A stretch of 64,000 nucleotides of DNA from Octopus vulgaris (lineage: Eukaryota), in NCBI GenBank assembly GCA_951406725.2, contig OX597816.1, positions 48,298,001 to 48,362,000 on the forward strand. Direction: 5' to 3'. The stretch's first letter is position 1. Every line of letters starts with the position of its first letter. Shown in pieces: positions 1 to 13,713 of this stretch. The notes under the pieces were generated by a model. It did not search any database and was not told the origin of the DNA. It worked only from the letters and a program-made list of their open reading frames with translations. The position numbers were made by a program, and so were the translations under genes.

Positions 1-699
1 ACTCCATCATTCTAAATATGTTTGAAAACATATCTTACTTTATGAAGCACACTACTATTATCTATTGATTTGACACTGAGGTGAAATTGAATCAAGCATT
101 AAATATACGAATTTTATGCTCTTATATCAGATTTTGCCAGGGTGTGGTGGTAGTGGTGATGGTAAAAAGAAAAAAATTATCTGGAAGTTCACAGATTTTT
201 TGCAAGGGTAGGGTATAATGTAGCTGGAAATGAAGTGAAATAACTTAACTTTCACCTGAAATTAATAATAAAAAAAAAAGATAAAAATAAAAAAAATAAA
301 ATGAAGTGCAAGGAAGAAGAAAAACAAAGAGACTGTGAACTTACCTCCTTGAGAGCTTACGTCTGTTCTCAGATATTTACTCATTTCAGATTGCATTTTC
401 TTGGTTTCTTACCTTCACTAGATATCCTTGAAGTAATTAGGATCTGAAGTGTTGCTCTAATCCTATTTAATGTTATTCTTGACAAAATTATTATTTTAAA
501 AGTAAAAGTATAACAAACGAAATTTAATTATGCTATTCCGACGCAGTCCAAGATTTCCGAACACTTCTACAATTTCCTTGCTTCTATCATATCAAATATA
601 AAGAGATTGGGTACCTTTAAGAAATACAAGTAATGCAAGAACAAATATAAAACAAGATATGGCAAAATTATTTTCCAAATTTAATCATTATTGCTTTGC

Positions 700-1470
700 T
701 TCCATAGATTAGAATTTAATGGGAGAATAGCACTTGACAATTCCTGAAATGCTTGATGCCTCAATTATATATATAAAAAAGTAGAATTCAGCTGTGGTAC
801 AAAGAAACTCTATACATGTTAAGAGATTTCAGTAGAGTTTTCTGAAAAGCCTCTACATCTTTTGTTGGACATTACAGCAGTCCAGGTAGTGATAATCTTT
901 CAATCACAGATATCAAAGCAACAAGCTTATTTCAGTGTGGCTCTTACTTGCCTTATCTCAAAACAGTTATAACATAATGGTGTATTCTTTGGAAATATCA
1001 GAGCTACAGAATGTTCTGCCACTTGTAGTTTATTTTATTGCTACCTGCTATCCACAGTCCTTGGAATCAGCAAGCCATAGCTATCGTTGTCCTTGTTGTG
1101 TCCATCCACCTCCATATCAGTCCTTACACTAACCACAGTGTTTCTGTGGAATTTTCTTCCTGCTCATGCTTTACCTGCACATGTTGCCCTTACAACAGTT
1201 TGTCATCATGCTCAATGGTCTTGTTGTTGTTGCTAAGCAACAAGACGGGTAAGGGTGATTAAGTGATGATCTAGGGCTTAGGGGCAGGAGACCCCAGATC
1301 TTGGAAAAAAAACAAAAACTTTGGTCGTCTTGTTGTAGTTGAGGGCTCTTTGTTGATGCCTGACATCACTGGGAGGTAACCCTTGAAGTCACTGGAAATG
1401 GAGATCTCCAGGTCTAAATTCTTGAATGGCTGCTCAATAGTCTTGGAAGGTACTGCCCCTTCCTCTGAGC
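700..1470 (-). mobile_element. Heavily decayed L1/Tx1-like ORF1 remnant with degenerate zinc knuckle
   Basis: Minus strand 998-935 reads IFPKNTPLCYNCFEIRQVRA, resembling the PxxxPxCxxCxxxGHxxxxC knuckle of L1/Tx1 ORF1. Surrounding frames are full of stops. Boundaries are approximate. Confidence 0.3.
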
Positions 1471-2639
1471 TTAACTAGTAAAAACAAACAAAAAAGAACT
1501 CTAAAATCAAAAATCATTCTTTAACTGTCTAATGAAAAATACAAGCTTTGGGTGTAAAATATAGCTCCAGGTTTTGAAATATAGCTCCTGGTATAAAATA
1601 CTGCTTCTAGCTGAAGACTACAATTTATGATGAATAATACCGTTCTTACATTTTAAACTGGATTTGCTTAACAAAATGTCTGTAAGCTATGTCTGGCGGA
1701 AAAAGCTTGCAACTTTTGGGGTATTTTTTTTTCTAGGAAAGAAGCAGCAGCTTTTGTTGTTTTGGGTTTTTATTTTTGTTAATGAATTAAAAGTATATAT
1801 ATGAATGTATATAGGATGATGATGATGATAAAATGTTTTCCCTGTATATTTTAGCTGTTTTGGATGACATCTTTAATTGAGTATTAAAATCGGCTTTAAT
1901 GTTTTATAAATGAGTTTATAAAGAACATTTTGTATATTCATTTTGTTAAAAATGTGATTTAAAATTATCTTTTGTCCAACAATTACAATGTGCATGAAAA
2001 AGAAATTTAAAAAAAGACGGTAAAAATAGCAGTTGAAGTCTTGTAATTTGGTTATGAATAATAGTCTTTGGATAACTCTTGCAGTGAATAGAGTCTAAGA
2101 GATTCATATCTATCTTTGAAGTAGTGCTTTGAAATTAGCTTTATGACAGGAACATTCTTTGATTATATAACCAGTAATAGGTTCCTGGAAAAGTATGTAT
2201 GACTTTATTTCAAATGAGATTAATACAAAAAAAAAACAAAAGAACTGGCATGTAGAATAATATTTTGCACAGTTACGTATCAAACATCTTTGAATTTCTT
2301 TTTAAAGCTCTTCAAATTTCTTTTTAGAATACGTATTTTGATTGTATTTGTACCTGATAATATAGTAGTCATATGAAATGAGTGAACCAAAGAACTTCTA
2401 TGCAGTTGTTTGCCTTGCTACAAATAGCAACGAATTTCTTAAAATTAACACCCCACTGCCTTTAAAGAGGAAATGGTATATTGAATAATGGAATCTTTGA
2501 CACATCTAAAAAGATGAGATTATTGAAATTGCAATACTGTTTGATTATAAGGCTTCTTTCTTAAGGTCGACCTGGTGTTAGGCAAAATCTTTGTGTTATA
2601 AAAATGAAGCCTTTTTAATTTGATGTCATCATCCTCATC

Positions 2640-2975
2640 ATCATCATCATCGTTTAACGTCCATTTTCCGTGTTAGCACGGGTTGGACGGTTTGACTGGG
2701 GTCTGGGAAGCCAGGAAGCTGCACCAGGCTCCAGTCTGATCTGGCAATGTTTCTACAGCTGGATGCCCTTCCTAATGCCAACCACTCCATGAGTGTAGTG
2801 CGTGCTTTATACGTATCACCAGCACAGGTGCCAGGGGAGGCTGGCAACGGCATGATTGGTTGGTGCTCTTTACGTGCCACCAGCACAGAAGCCAGTCAGG
2901 CGGCGATGGCATTGGCCATGTTCGGATGGTGCTTTTTACGTGCCACTGGCACAGGTATCACAACTACAATTTCCA
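2640..2975 (-). mobile_element. RTE LINE 3' UTR/tail fragment ending in (GAT)n
   Basis: catcatcgtttaacgtcc...gggttggacgg...ctacagctggatgcccttcctaatgccaaccactcc. The same family recurs at ~6450, 22465, 32180, 35715, 51720, 52770, 60530 and 62195. Confidence 0.7.
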
Positions 2976-3939
2976 TTTAATATTTATTTTGATGTTGATG
3001 TACTTGACTCAATAGGTCTCCTCAAGCACAGCGTGTCTATGCAAATTGTATGCATATATATATGTTGATGTTATGAATTGATAAATATTGGTTTCAAATT
3101 TTGGCATTATGCCAGCAATTTTGGGGGAGGCGATAAGTCAGTTACATTGACCACCCAGTAATCACTGGTAATTATTTTATTGACCATGAGAAGATGGATG
3201 GCAAAGTTGACCTTGGCAGAATTTGAATGTAAAGATGGATGAAATGCTAAGAACTTTGTCTGGAGTGCTAATGATTCTGCTAGCTCACCACTTTATGAAT
3301 TAATAAATATTGTCTGTGACACAAATAAAGAAATCTGTTTATATACATCTGTTTATTTTTATCCATCCATTTTTACCCAAAAGAGATGGTTTTCTTCAAA
3401 ATAACATCCCCCTTGATCAAATCTTTTTTGACTCTTTTACTCCAATTTTGTGCCATCACACTCTCAATGTTCAGAATTCAAGATTACAAGTGATGTTATA
3501 ATCACTCAAATATTTCATTGGTTGTTTACTTAGAAACCAAGGACATTCTATAGCTGGCTTGGTGTTGCTTTGTGTATTGATGTATGTCTGTAATTTTCAA
3601 TTTGCTATTCAAATGTAGTAAATAAATACCACTTAAACTCTCTACCATTCTTAAAAGCAGAGTGCCAGTGTTATGACTTTTCAATACAATTTAAAGAATG
3701 TAAATTGTTTTCAAGTATCTCTTATCTACATTGCAGCAGGTTGCCTTTCGACTGTCAAAGTCTTACCATAAAAGAAATATGCAAATTTCAGACTAACCAT
3801 GTAACCTTGTACCAAATACTGCCTCCTCTATGGGAAAACTACAAATAATGTAATTCTAGAAAAGACATAAACCACTTCAAACATCAGGATATCTTACACT
3901 ACTACAAGACCTCATGTTTATAGGGGAGGTATAACTAAA

Positions 3940-4226
3940 ATGGTTCTTTGTCGGTTACAATGATGAGGGTTCCAGTTGATCTGACCAATGGAACAGCCTG
4001 CTTGTGAAATTAACATGCAAGTGGCTGAGCACTCCACAGACAGGTATAGCTTTAACGTAATTCTTGGGAAGATTCAGTTTGACTCAGAATGTGACAAGAC
4101 CATCCCTTTGATTTACAGGTACAACTATTTTTTTCCAGCTGAGTGGACTGGAGCAATGTGAAATAAAGTGCCTTCCTCAAAGACACAGTGTACCATTGGG
4201 AGTTGAACTCACGACCTTACTATCAT
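3940..4226 (-). mobile_element. tRNA-derived SINE (family 3), diverged copy
   Basis: Matches 45897-46268 (gtcggttac...gatgagggttccagttgat...gtggctgagcactccacagac). Confidence 0.7.
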
Positions 4227-4599
4227 GAAAGGGAAATATAGGTGCAATGTAAACAAAAGGTGAAGATGTTTACTACATCACAATTTCTTGGGTTTGTTCC
4301 TAATGTGTGGTATCTCACACAAGTGTCATTTTCTATAGCATTGGGTTGATGCAGGCTTTCTGAGAGATATTGGGTAGATGGAAACTGTGTGGAAGCTTGT
4401 AGGAGGGATTACACCAATAATTCAAAGACCCAGCTTTATCAAACAGTGTCACACTGATTCTGCCAGAGAATTATGTTTATGTTACAGATGTGTGTTTGGT
4501 CTGACCAGTATTACTCTATGGATGTGAAAACTGGAAAGTGACAAGAATAGAGGAAAAAAAACAATTGACAGTTTCCAGTTTGCATGCTCATATACATAT

Positions 4600-6205
4600 A
4601 TGTGTGTGTGTGTGTGTGTGTATGTTTAATAACGTACCTGACACAGAAAGACACACATACAATGAGACATATCAACACTCATACACTTACACACATACAC
4701 TTACAGACAGATACACATTCATATACAAAACGTGATGTCATTATTGTCATGGTATACAATTTCCTGTTGACAATAGAAAGATTATCTCTATGAAATATAT
4801 TGTTTTAATCAAAATGAAAATAAGATTTCATATTGACACTGGTCAGCCCTCACATACATATAGTAAGATAGACACACACAGACATACATATACATTCATG
4901 CATGTCAGTTGTATATGTATTTGTAGATGTGTGTGTTTGTTTAATAACGTAGTTACATATGTACATGTATGTGTAGATGCGTGTGTGTTTAATAATGTAC
5001 CTAATGCAGAAAGACACACACACTGAGACATATGCACTGTCATACACTCACAGACAGATACACACTCATATACAAAATGTGATGTTGTCGTTGGTATGGT
5101 ATAAAATGTCTTGTTGACAATAGAAAGATTATCTCTCCTACTAAATGTTATATTGTTTTAATTGAAATGAAAATAAAATTTCGTATAGGACACTGACCAG
5201 CTCTTACATACATATAGTGTGTTTAACAATGTATCTAACATGGAAAGACATTCACAATGTGAGACATATATACACATACATTCACAAACAGATACACAAT
5301 CATATACAAAATGTGATGTCGTCATCAGTCGGCACATATGTATATGCATGTGTAGTTTAAAAATGTACGGTTACATATGTATATGTATGTGTAGATGTGT
5401 GTGTTTAATAATGTACCTTATGCAGAAGACACATACACTGTGAGACATAAACACACTCATACACTTACATACATACACTCACGGACAGATACACAGTCGT
5501 ATACGCAATGAGATGTCATTCAGGTCTTGGTGTAAAATATCCTGTTGACAATAGAAAGATTGCAGTTTGTAAGCTATTCAAGGACACACAAAAACTGTTA
5601 GTCTGACTTCAACATTTATATCTCATTTGTGTCAAAATATTTTCATCGCTTTGAAATCGGGACCTGTTCACTGACAAAACTTTGTGCTACATCTGAGAAA
5701 GTAACAGTTCATGATATATATGTGTTTATTTATTTATTTATGTATGTATGTATGTAAATGTGCATGCATGCATATATGCATATACATATGTGTGTATACA
5801 TGTATGTGAGCATTTATGTATGTAAGTGTGTAGATGTGTCTGCGTATGTGTATATGTGCATGTACAAGTAAATGTATGTATATGTACTGATACGTATGTC
5901 TGTTCAAGTTGTGTATATAACTGTTTACTCTGCGGATGGTTGTATATATATATGTTCTGAGCACATGATCTCAGATCATGTCACTTGCTATGCAGATACA
6001 TCTCCATAAATAGAAAGATTATCTCTATGAAACATATTGTTTTAATCGAAACGAAAATAAAATTTCGTATTGACACTCACATACATATAGTGTGTTTAAT
6101 AACATATCTAATGTGGAAAGGCATACACACTGTGAGACGTATACACACTCAAACACTCACTGATATGCATTCACAGACATATTCAAAATGTGACGTTGTC
6201 GTCAT
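4600..6205. repeat. Imperfect local tandem array of a ~200-400 bp unit
   Basis: The block gtttaataa...gaaagacacacat...gagacatat...cagacagatacac...aaatgtgatgt recurs at ~4622, 4985, 5218, 5400 and 6090. The block tagaaagattatctct...ttgttttaat...gaaaataa recurs at ~4772, 5120 and 6010. The array is interrupted at ~5562-6008. Confidence 0.75.
5630..5676 (-). ncRNA. Minimal type I hammerhead ribozyme motif, G3:C8 core variant (Penelope-like remnant)
   Basis: Minus strand reads tgtca GTGAACA g gtccc gatttcaaa gcgat GAAA atat TT tgaca. Stem I is 5 bp, stem II has one mismatch, and stem III is the palindrome ATAT. Confidence 0.55.
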
Positions 6206-9200
6206 AATTAGAATTAAAAGTATAAGTATAAAAGTGAAAATATATCATATTACAGTATAGATGTTATTATTTCACTTTTATACGTTGAGTATTGACACAT
6301 AACATGGAACCAGTGCCAATGTTGCATTGTTTTAATCCAGAAAAATTACATGTTGTCACTCATGGGGTCTGATAGCATAACCATGTAAAATTTCATTTGA
6401 TTTGGTTGTGCCATTTGAGAATACATGGAAATAGAGAGACAAAGATTATCATCATCATCATCATCATCATCGTCGTTTAACGTCCGCTTTCCATGCTGGC
6501 ATGGGTTGGACGGTTTGACTGTGGGCTGGCGAAACCAGATGGCTGCACCAGGCTCCAGTCTGATCTGGCAGTGTTTCTACAGCTGGATGCCCTTCCTAAC
6601 GCCAACCACATATATTATATTATATATATATATAAAATTTGATTTGATTTGGCTGAGCTGTTTGAGAATGCATTGGGAACAGACAGAGAGACAAAAGATT
6701 TTATATATGTATATATATAAATTAAATTATACATTATGTACTTTGTTGTTTTGTTATGTGATCCTCCAGTCCATGAAAAACCTGATTTGCATATCACCTG
6801 CTTGTGGTGCACAAAAAGACTGGGGCCACAATTCTAAGGAACCACAAATCTGAAGCATTGGTAAATTTTGGCAGATGTGTGTCGATATTTTATGTCACAT
6901 AACCATATATAAAGAGGGGTTGGTTCTATGTCTGACCCTAGGACTCTTTTCCCCGTTTATGTAGATAACCATTTACTTGACAATGTGCTTGATTTTACCA
7001 TAAGCAGCATTTGATTATAGGGTTCCTAAACCAAAGACGATCTGAGTCTAAACAACAATTGTCTTATATAAAATTTACAAGATGCATTATTATGCATTAG
7101 TTTTAATTCGACTCTATAGAATTCCAAACTTGATGTCACTTTCCAGTTGAATTAGATCGGTGTGTCACAAAAGAGTTGTATTTTGTCTTTTCCTGTTAGC
7201 TATTGTATAAAGCATGTTGGCTTTGTATTTTATTTTCCGTCTTTTTAGTTAGTCTGCAACTACAGCAGATCTTAACTGATGACACATTAGTTCATCAATT
7301 AAGAATGTACTCTTTTAAGGTGTTAAATGGTTTGTAGGTGATAGAATGTTAATTTCTATGACTCAGAGTGATCTAATTTCTATACTTTTAATAGCATACG
7401 CCAATGAAATTTCGTTCTGTTACATTGATGTATGTAACTTTGCTCTTGTGTTTCAAAGAAGAAAAGTTTAGGAACATTGCCAGCTTATGATGGTTTTGTT
7501 TTTATAAAAGTAGCTATTCAAACAGAATTGAATAGATAGTTTCAAACATTACAGCCATAAAATGAAAGGTCTGAGACTATATTGCCAGAATATAGGTGTC
7601 TTTCGTGTCATAGTCCAAGACACAAAGAGAAAGGTGATGCTATTTATTGAAATGCTATAATGAAAATGCAAGTAGAACATGGTAAAGAAAGATCAGTTCC
7701 AAAGTTAATAATAAAGAAATTTATTTGATACATTTGGCAATCTCTTTTATGGAACATTTTTTTTTCTCTTCTTATCTTGGTCATGTGTATGCTATTGTGC
7801 TGAAGATTTTAAAACATGAAAGCTATTTAGGGTAATGATATTTTTACAGATATAGAAAATTTATTGAGCTGGGTTTTCTCAATGTCTTTATAACTGAATT
7901 GTTTTCAAGATCTTCAAGAATGAGTGTGAATACATTGACTTTACAGCTCTTCCATTAAAAAAAAACTATATAGTTTTGAAAAGCTGTTTCAATTGTTATT
8001 GACTGATCTACAAAATGCTTTAATCTTTATCTGTTATTGTGTGAAAAATGACTGAAGTTTAGGAAATTATTACAATGCTTCTACATTAATATTTTCCTTT
8101 ATCTTATTTTATACATATCTGAAATAATTATCTTTTGATAGAATTTATTGGAGTATATTTTTTGTCAACTGATAGTAAATTCTACTTTGTGATAGTTATT
8201 GGAAGGAAACTTTATTCAGTATCGTATCTTCATTAGTAAAAATTGAAAAAATGGAATCTTGGTAAATCATTCCAAATTGAAGTGTATGTTAATTCATTCC
8301 ATAAAAAAAAAAAGTTTATCTCTGATCATGTTTTCTATCACATTTTCAATCACTGAATTCATGTCTTTCCTGTTACTAGAAGCTTTGCTTTTATCTATGG
8401 AACCATAGATACCTATTTATTCTGTGTATTGCTGTCTCCCAAAAATATTTTCTTTTGAATAGAAAATATCTGCAATTGGAATGTATATATAATGATAAAT
8501 TGGTGAAAGAAATTCCTACGATAGCAACAATTTTTGATGTCACTCTAAAATGAGTTCAGATTCTTAACTGAATTCAAATGATTTCTATATTCTAGTTGAT
8601 TTTTGTAATTCTTTTTGCTGAAGAAAGAGAATTAATTTTGCAAAGCATCCCTTGCTGTGTCAGCATAGGAAAATGAAAAGTAAAGTGAGAACAAGCAGCA
8701 ATATTAGTGCATAACCTCAAGTTATTGTAATTCATGTTTTTAATTTGATAAACAAAAATTCTTCCCTTTGGATGCACATTAAACAAGAGAGTTGTGACAT
8801 ACATATATATTACATTCCTTGCATGCAGTTAGCGAAAATGTATATCATTTGCTGTCAAGTTCAGGCCGTCGGAACCTCTCTCTTCTTAAACACTATGTCG
8901 TTCAGTGTCTGGCTTTGTGTATGCGTGCTGCATCATTTGATTAACGTGCTTGTCCATTTTGTCCATGTAAATGCTCAATCTGCTGCTCAATGTAGCAGAC
9001 AAATATCTCCCAAACAAATTCTCCAGCATCTTTTAAAAAGTAGGTTGCCAACGTTGTAAGTTCTAAAATCTGCAAGATAGCAGATAGTAATGCTGGTTGA
9101 ATGCTTTGCTTGATTAACTCCATCCTAGCCAGAGCTAACTGGGGTTAGTTACTCAGCAACAATAGCAAGCAGCAACAGCAGCAGCAACAATTGCAACAAC

Positions 9201-9473
9201 ACTTGTTTAGTTCTTGCTTTAAATATTTATTCCCTTCTTTGGTTTAAGTTCATAAATATGCTTGAGTGCCTGCATATGTGGTGTGTGAATATAGTATATA
9301 TATATGCATTCATGCTTGTGTGGGTGGCTGCAAATGTGTGTGTGTGTGTGTGTGTATCATTTTAAACAGTGGGACATGAAGTAGATAAATCTATAAATTA
9401 TAGCATTTAAGTATTGGGTTAAAAACCCCTTGTACAGAAAAAGTTGAAGTTTGCTCGTATGTCATAAACAAGA

Positions 9474-9570
<97 letters not shown>

Positions 9571-9595
9571 ATATACATATGTATACATATATATA

Positions 9596-9636
<41 letters not shown>

Positions 9637-10282
9637 TGCCAGTTTCAGTCACTGGACTGTTCCCATGCTGGAGCACCACCATTCAATCATTAGATGATCA
9701 CATTGACTCCAGTACTTATTTAAGTACGGAACTTTATATCTTGATAACTATTTGTTGAACTACTAATTTATGAGACAAATGAATGCAGCATAAACATAAA
9801 TACAGAAACACACCCATACATACATGCATACATATTACATACATGCATGCATAGTATGGCCAAAAAGTTAACAAGTTTGCTTTACAATCATGAGGTCTTT
9901 GCTTTGATTTTGCTACATGGCATCTCGGGTGTATGTCGTTGGGGAGATGGAAACTGTATGGAAGTCCATCAAATGGATTGTTCTTTTAATTTAAAGTGTC
10001 AGCTTTGTCACACAATGAGTCACTGATTCTGCTTAAGATTTTCATTAAGGGTTCACATGTCTGTGGAATACTCAGCCAGCTGCACATTAATTCAATGAGC
10101 CTGCTGATTCAGCTGACTGAACAACCGAGCACTTAACTAAGGTGCCAGGCCATGGGGTTGAACCTGAATATGTGTGTTTATAAAGCAAACTTCTTAACCA
10201 CATAGTTCTGCTGCACCTTATAATTTATGTATCTGTGTTTGTGTGTGTATAGATATGTATTAATTTAGGTATTTCTTTGTCT

Positions 10283-10336
<54 letters not shown>

Positions 10337-10529
10337 CTGTATAAATGTATCTGTCTATTTAGATGAAGCAATGGGAAGGCTGGTACATTTACACCTTTCC
10401 ATTTCAGTATACATCTACAGGTGCAATACTCGAACACATTATCAGTGTTGTTTACTGGGTGTTTTGGGTTATACACCAATCATCCCCACCCCACCATTCA
10501 GTTGATCCAACCTAGATTGATCATGCCTA

Positions 10530-11170
10530 GACTGGTGACCAAGTAGCATTCTACAGCTCCTCCCCACTGATGGTCACTTCTTTTTGGTCAGCGACATCTA
10601 TATGCTTGTTTCCTTAGCACCCTCTATATTGTTCCTGATGGCTCTTCTTATTTCTTATTTCTTTATTGTCCACAAGGGGCTAAACATAGAGGGGATAAAC
10701 AAGGACAGACAAAGGGATTAAGTCAATTACATCGACCCCAGTGCATAACCGGTACTCAATTTATCGACCCCGAAAGGATGAAAGGCAAAGTCGACCTCGG
10801 CGGAATTTGAACTCAGAACGTAACAGCAGACGAAATACCATAAGCATTTCACCCGGCATGCTAACGTTTCTGCCAGCTCGCTGCTTTTTTAGGTATTTCT
10901 TATTTCTGTAATGCCCATACTTCTGTTGGTCTTATTCAGGGTACAACTTGGAAACCCTTTATCATCAACCTCCACTGGTAAACACTGCAATCGCCATCCA
11001 TTCTTGCTGAAGTCCTCCTCCAATTCCTGGCACTTACTTCTCTTCCTCTTTTCTACCCTCTCCTCCCAGGGCTTCATTAACTCCAACAGGATTATTGGCC
11101 CTGCTGTGTGGAAATTGTAACAGAATTCCTGGATTTTGTTCGATTACAGCTTACCAGTTATTCCGCAATA
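10530..11170 (-). mobile_element. Decayed HERO/NeSL-like non-LTR 3' end (restriction-like endonuclease), interrupted by a SINE
   Basis: ELMKPWEERVEKRKRSKCQELEEDFSKNGWRLQCLPVEVDDKGF matches the ELTVPWEE...K..KY..L...GW...PVEVG.RGF REL motif. The remnant continues past the SINE at 10648-10886. Confidence 0.6.
10648..10886 (-). mobile_element. tRNA-derived SINE (family 2), near full length
   Basis: Reverse complement of gcgagctggcagaaacgttagc...gttctgagttcaaattccgccgaggtcgactttgcctttcatcctttcggggtcg...tttagccccttgtgg. More than 20 further copies occur (e.g. 3089, 13495, 14086, 24710, 25180, 26672, 35495, 39379, 43755, 43992, 45645, 46326, 51187, 54865, 57463). Confidence 0.85.
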
Positions 11171-12025
11171 CTCACCAGTTATTGACAATGAGCCAATGCC
11201 AGAGCCTCTATGTAGCCATTTGATCAGCTAGAACTAGTAATCAAATTTCCCTCATAACATACTGTAGCCTCGTAAATGAAAATGAAGAATACATTGGATA
11301 ATGTGGTCCTGGATTCCCTGCATTTAGGAGAAAGACAGGATGGTCATTGTTGAAATGCTTTTATTCCTAGATATGCTCAATCAGGATCGACCCGGGGCTA
11401 AACAACAATGGCGCTAAAGTTGAGAAACAAAGAAGCATTGAATGTTTTAGGTTTATACGGAGAGGCCCTATTAATTTCCAGTAAGCATAACTGTTGGCTT
11501 AATCACACGCATAGGGAAGATTTCATGTGATAAAATTCATTTTTCAAGATGCTATCACAAATACATCTGTTGCTGTGTGCAGAACTGTCTGCTGTGGATT
11601 ACTTTACAAGCTTTTTACATTTTGTGTGTGTGTGTGTGTGTGTGTTGCCTCATACTGCCTGAGAGATATAGAAATATTTCCAAGCATCTACAAATAATTT
11701 GAGTCATTGCAGAATTGTCATCATCACCACCACCACCACCACCATCATCGTCATCATCATCCTCATCTGCAGCAGTTGCAGCATCACTATTGCTACCATC
11801 ATTATCATTGGCATTATTATCACTATTAAAAAAAAAAATATATATATAAAGGAAACATAAACACCACAGCTGCCACCACCACCACCACCACCTTCAAGAA
11901 AACCACCATCAGCATCATCATCGTCATCCCATCATTGCTACTAGCATTACCAACATTGTCATCACCATCACCACTAACGTTATCCTCATCACCACCATAA
12001 TCAATGCAATATTTCTAACTTGGTA

Positions 12026-12442
12026 GTGGTATTTCATCTACCACTATGTTCTGAGATCAAATTCCGCCAAGGTTGACTTTGCCTTTCATCCTTTTGGTGT
12101 CGATTAAATAAGTACCAGTTATGCACTGGGGCCAATGTAATTGATTCAATCCCTTTGTTTGTCCTTTTTTGTCCCCTCTATGTTTATCCCCTTGTGGGCA
12201 ATAAAGAAATAAATATTTCTAACTTGGTAAGGCAGTGAACTGGCAGAAATTTTAGCACACCAGGCGAAATGCTTAGCAGTATTTTGTCTGTCTTTAAGTT
12301 CTGAGTTCAAATTCTGCCAACGTCGACCTTGCCTTTCATCCTTTCAGGATCGATAAATTAAGTACCAGTTGCATACTGGGATCGATCTAATCGACTGGCC
12401 CCCTCTTCAAAAATTTCGGCCCTTATGCCTGGAGTAGAAAAG
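12026..12442 (+). mobile_element. Two tandem family-2 SINEs (5'-truncated copy plus full copy)
   Basis: Both carry gttctgag.tcaaattc.gccaa.gt.gac.ttgcctttcatcc. They are separated and flanked by the repeat aatatttctaacttggta. Confidence 0.8.
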
Positions 12443-13096
12443 AATATTTCTAAGTTGGTCTTCCATATTTCTGGGTTTTATAATCCAAAATACCAGCTGA
12501 GTATTAGGTCTATCTAATAAGCCTACCAGCACCAGCACCACCACCACCACCACTATCATCATCACCAACACCAGCAGCACCACTCAAGCTATTGTTTAGA
12601 AATCAATAATGGTCTGTAGCTTAAGCACCAGGCCAAAATCTGTAGAAAAAAACCTATGTTTGTCTTGGGTATGCAATGTTTTAGCACAGCCATTTTGGCG
12701 CTGCCTAATTGGTGTCATTAGTTTGACACTGAATTATTTGAAATCACATATTTTCATTGTTCATTCTTTCTTTCTCTCTCTCTCTCCTTCTTTCTCTTTC
12801 TTTTTCTTTCTCTCTGTGCTTCTTTCTCTTTCTGTCTCTTTCTGATTCTCTCTCTCTTTCTCTATCTCTTTCTGTCTCTTTCTTTCTCTCTCTTTCTGTA
12901 TTTTTCTCTCTGTTTTTTTTTCACTCTCTTTCTGTCTCTTTCTCTCATTATATTTGTCTGTCTGTCTCTCTCTGTGTTTCTTTTGCTCTCCCTCTCTCTC
13001 TCTCTGTTTATGAATGCGAACACTTCTCTTTATAAATGTATTGAGGAGAAAGAAAGTATTTATGTCATTTGTTTCCATAATAAATTGTAATGTCCC

Positions 13097-13134
<38 letters not shown>

Positions 13135-13713
13135 ATTTCTGCATGCATGTGGGTGTGTGTTTGCTTTCAGTGCTAAAAAGATCTGTTGCCAGAACAGGTT
13201 CAATGTCCAGTCAGTCATGCCAAGTCGTCTGCATCGAAACAGCTGTACTCGATTGTTTCATTCCAATTAGATTTCAATGAAAATCCAATTTGTTTTTCAT
13301 GCAACATTTAGCAACAGTATTTGTTGTTATCTAAACTGTTGACCCAAGAAGGATGAAATGTAAAGTCAACTTCAGCAGGATTTGAACTCAGAACTTAATA
13401 GGACCTGACTAATTACTGCAAGTCACTATGTTTGCTATTCTGACGATTGTACCAATTGCTGCATAGTAGTAGTAGTAGCAGTATTATACAAATGGCTTCA
13501 ACCTTTGGTACAAGGTCAGCACGTTTGGAGAGGGGCCAAGTTGATTAGATTGACCCCAGTATTCAACTGGTACTTATTTTACCGATCTCAAAAAGATGAA
13601 AGGCAAAGTTCACCTCAGTGAAATTTGAACTCAGAACGTAAAGACAGACGAAATGTCGTTAAGCATTTTGCCCGGCGTGCTAACAATTCAGCCAGCTCAT
13701 CGCCTTTAATAAC

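Noticed and set aside
341-1497. Minus-strand exon suggested by an acceptor-like site at ~1475 and a donor-like site at ~345
   Set aside because: All frames between them are closed repeatedly. A decayed retroelement explains the region better.
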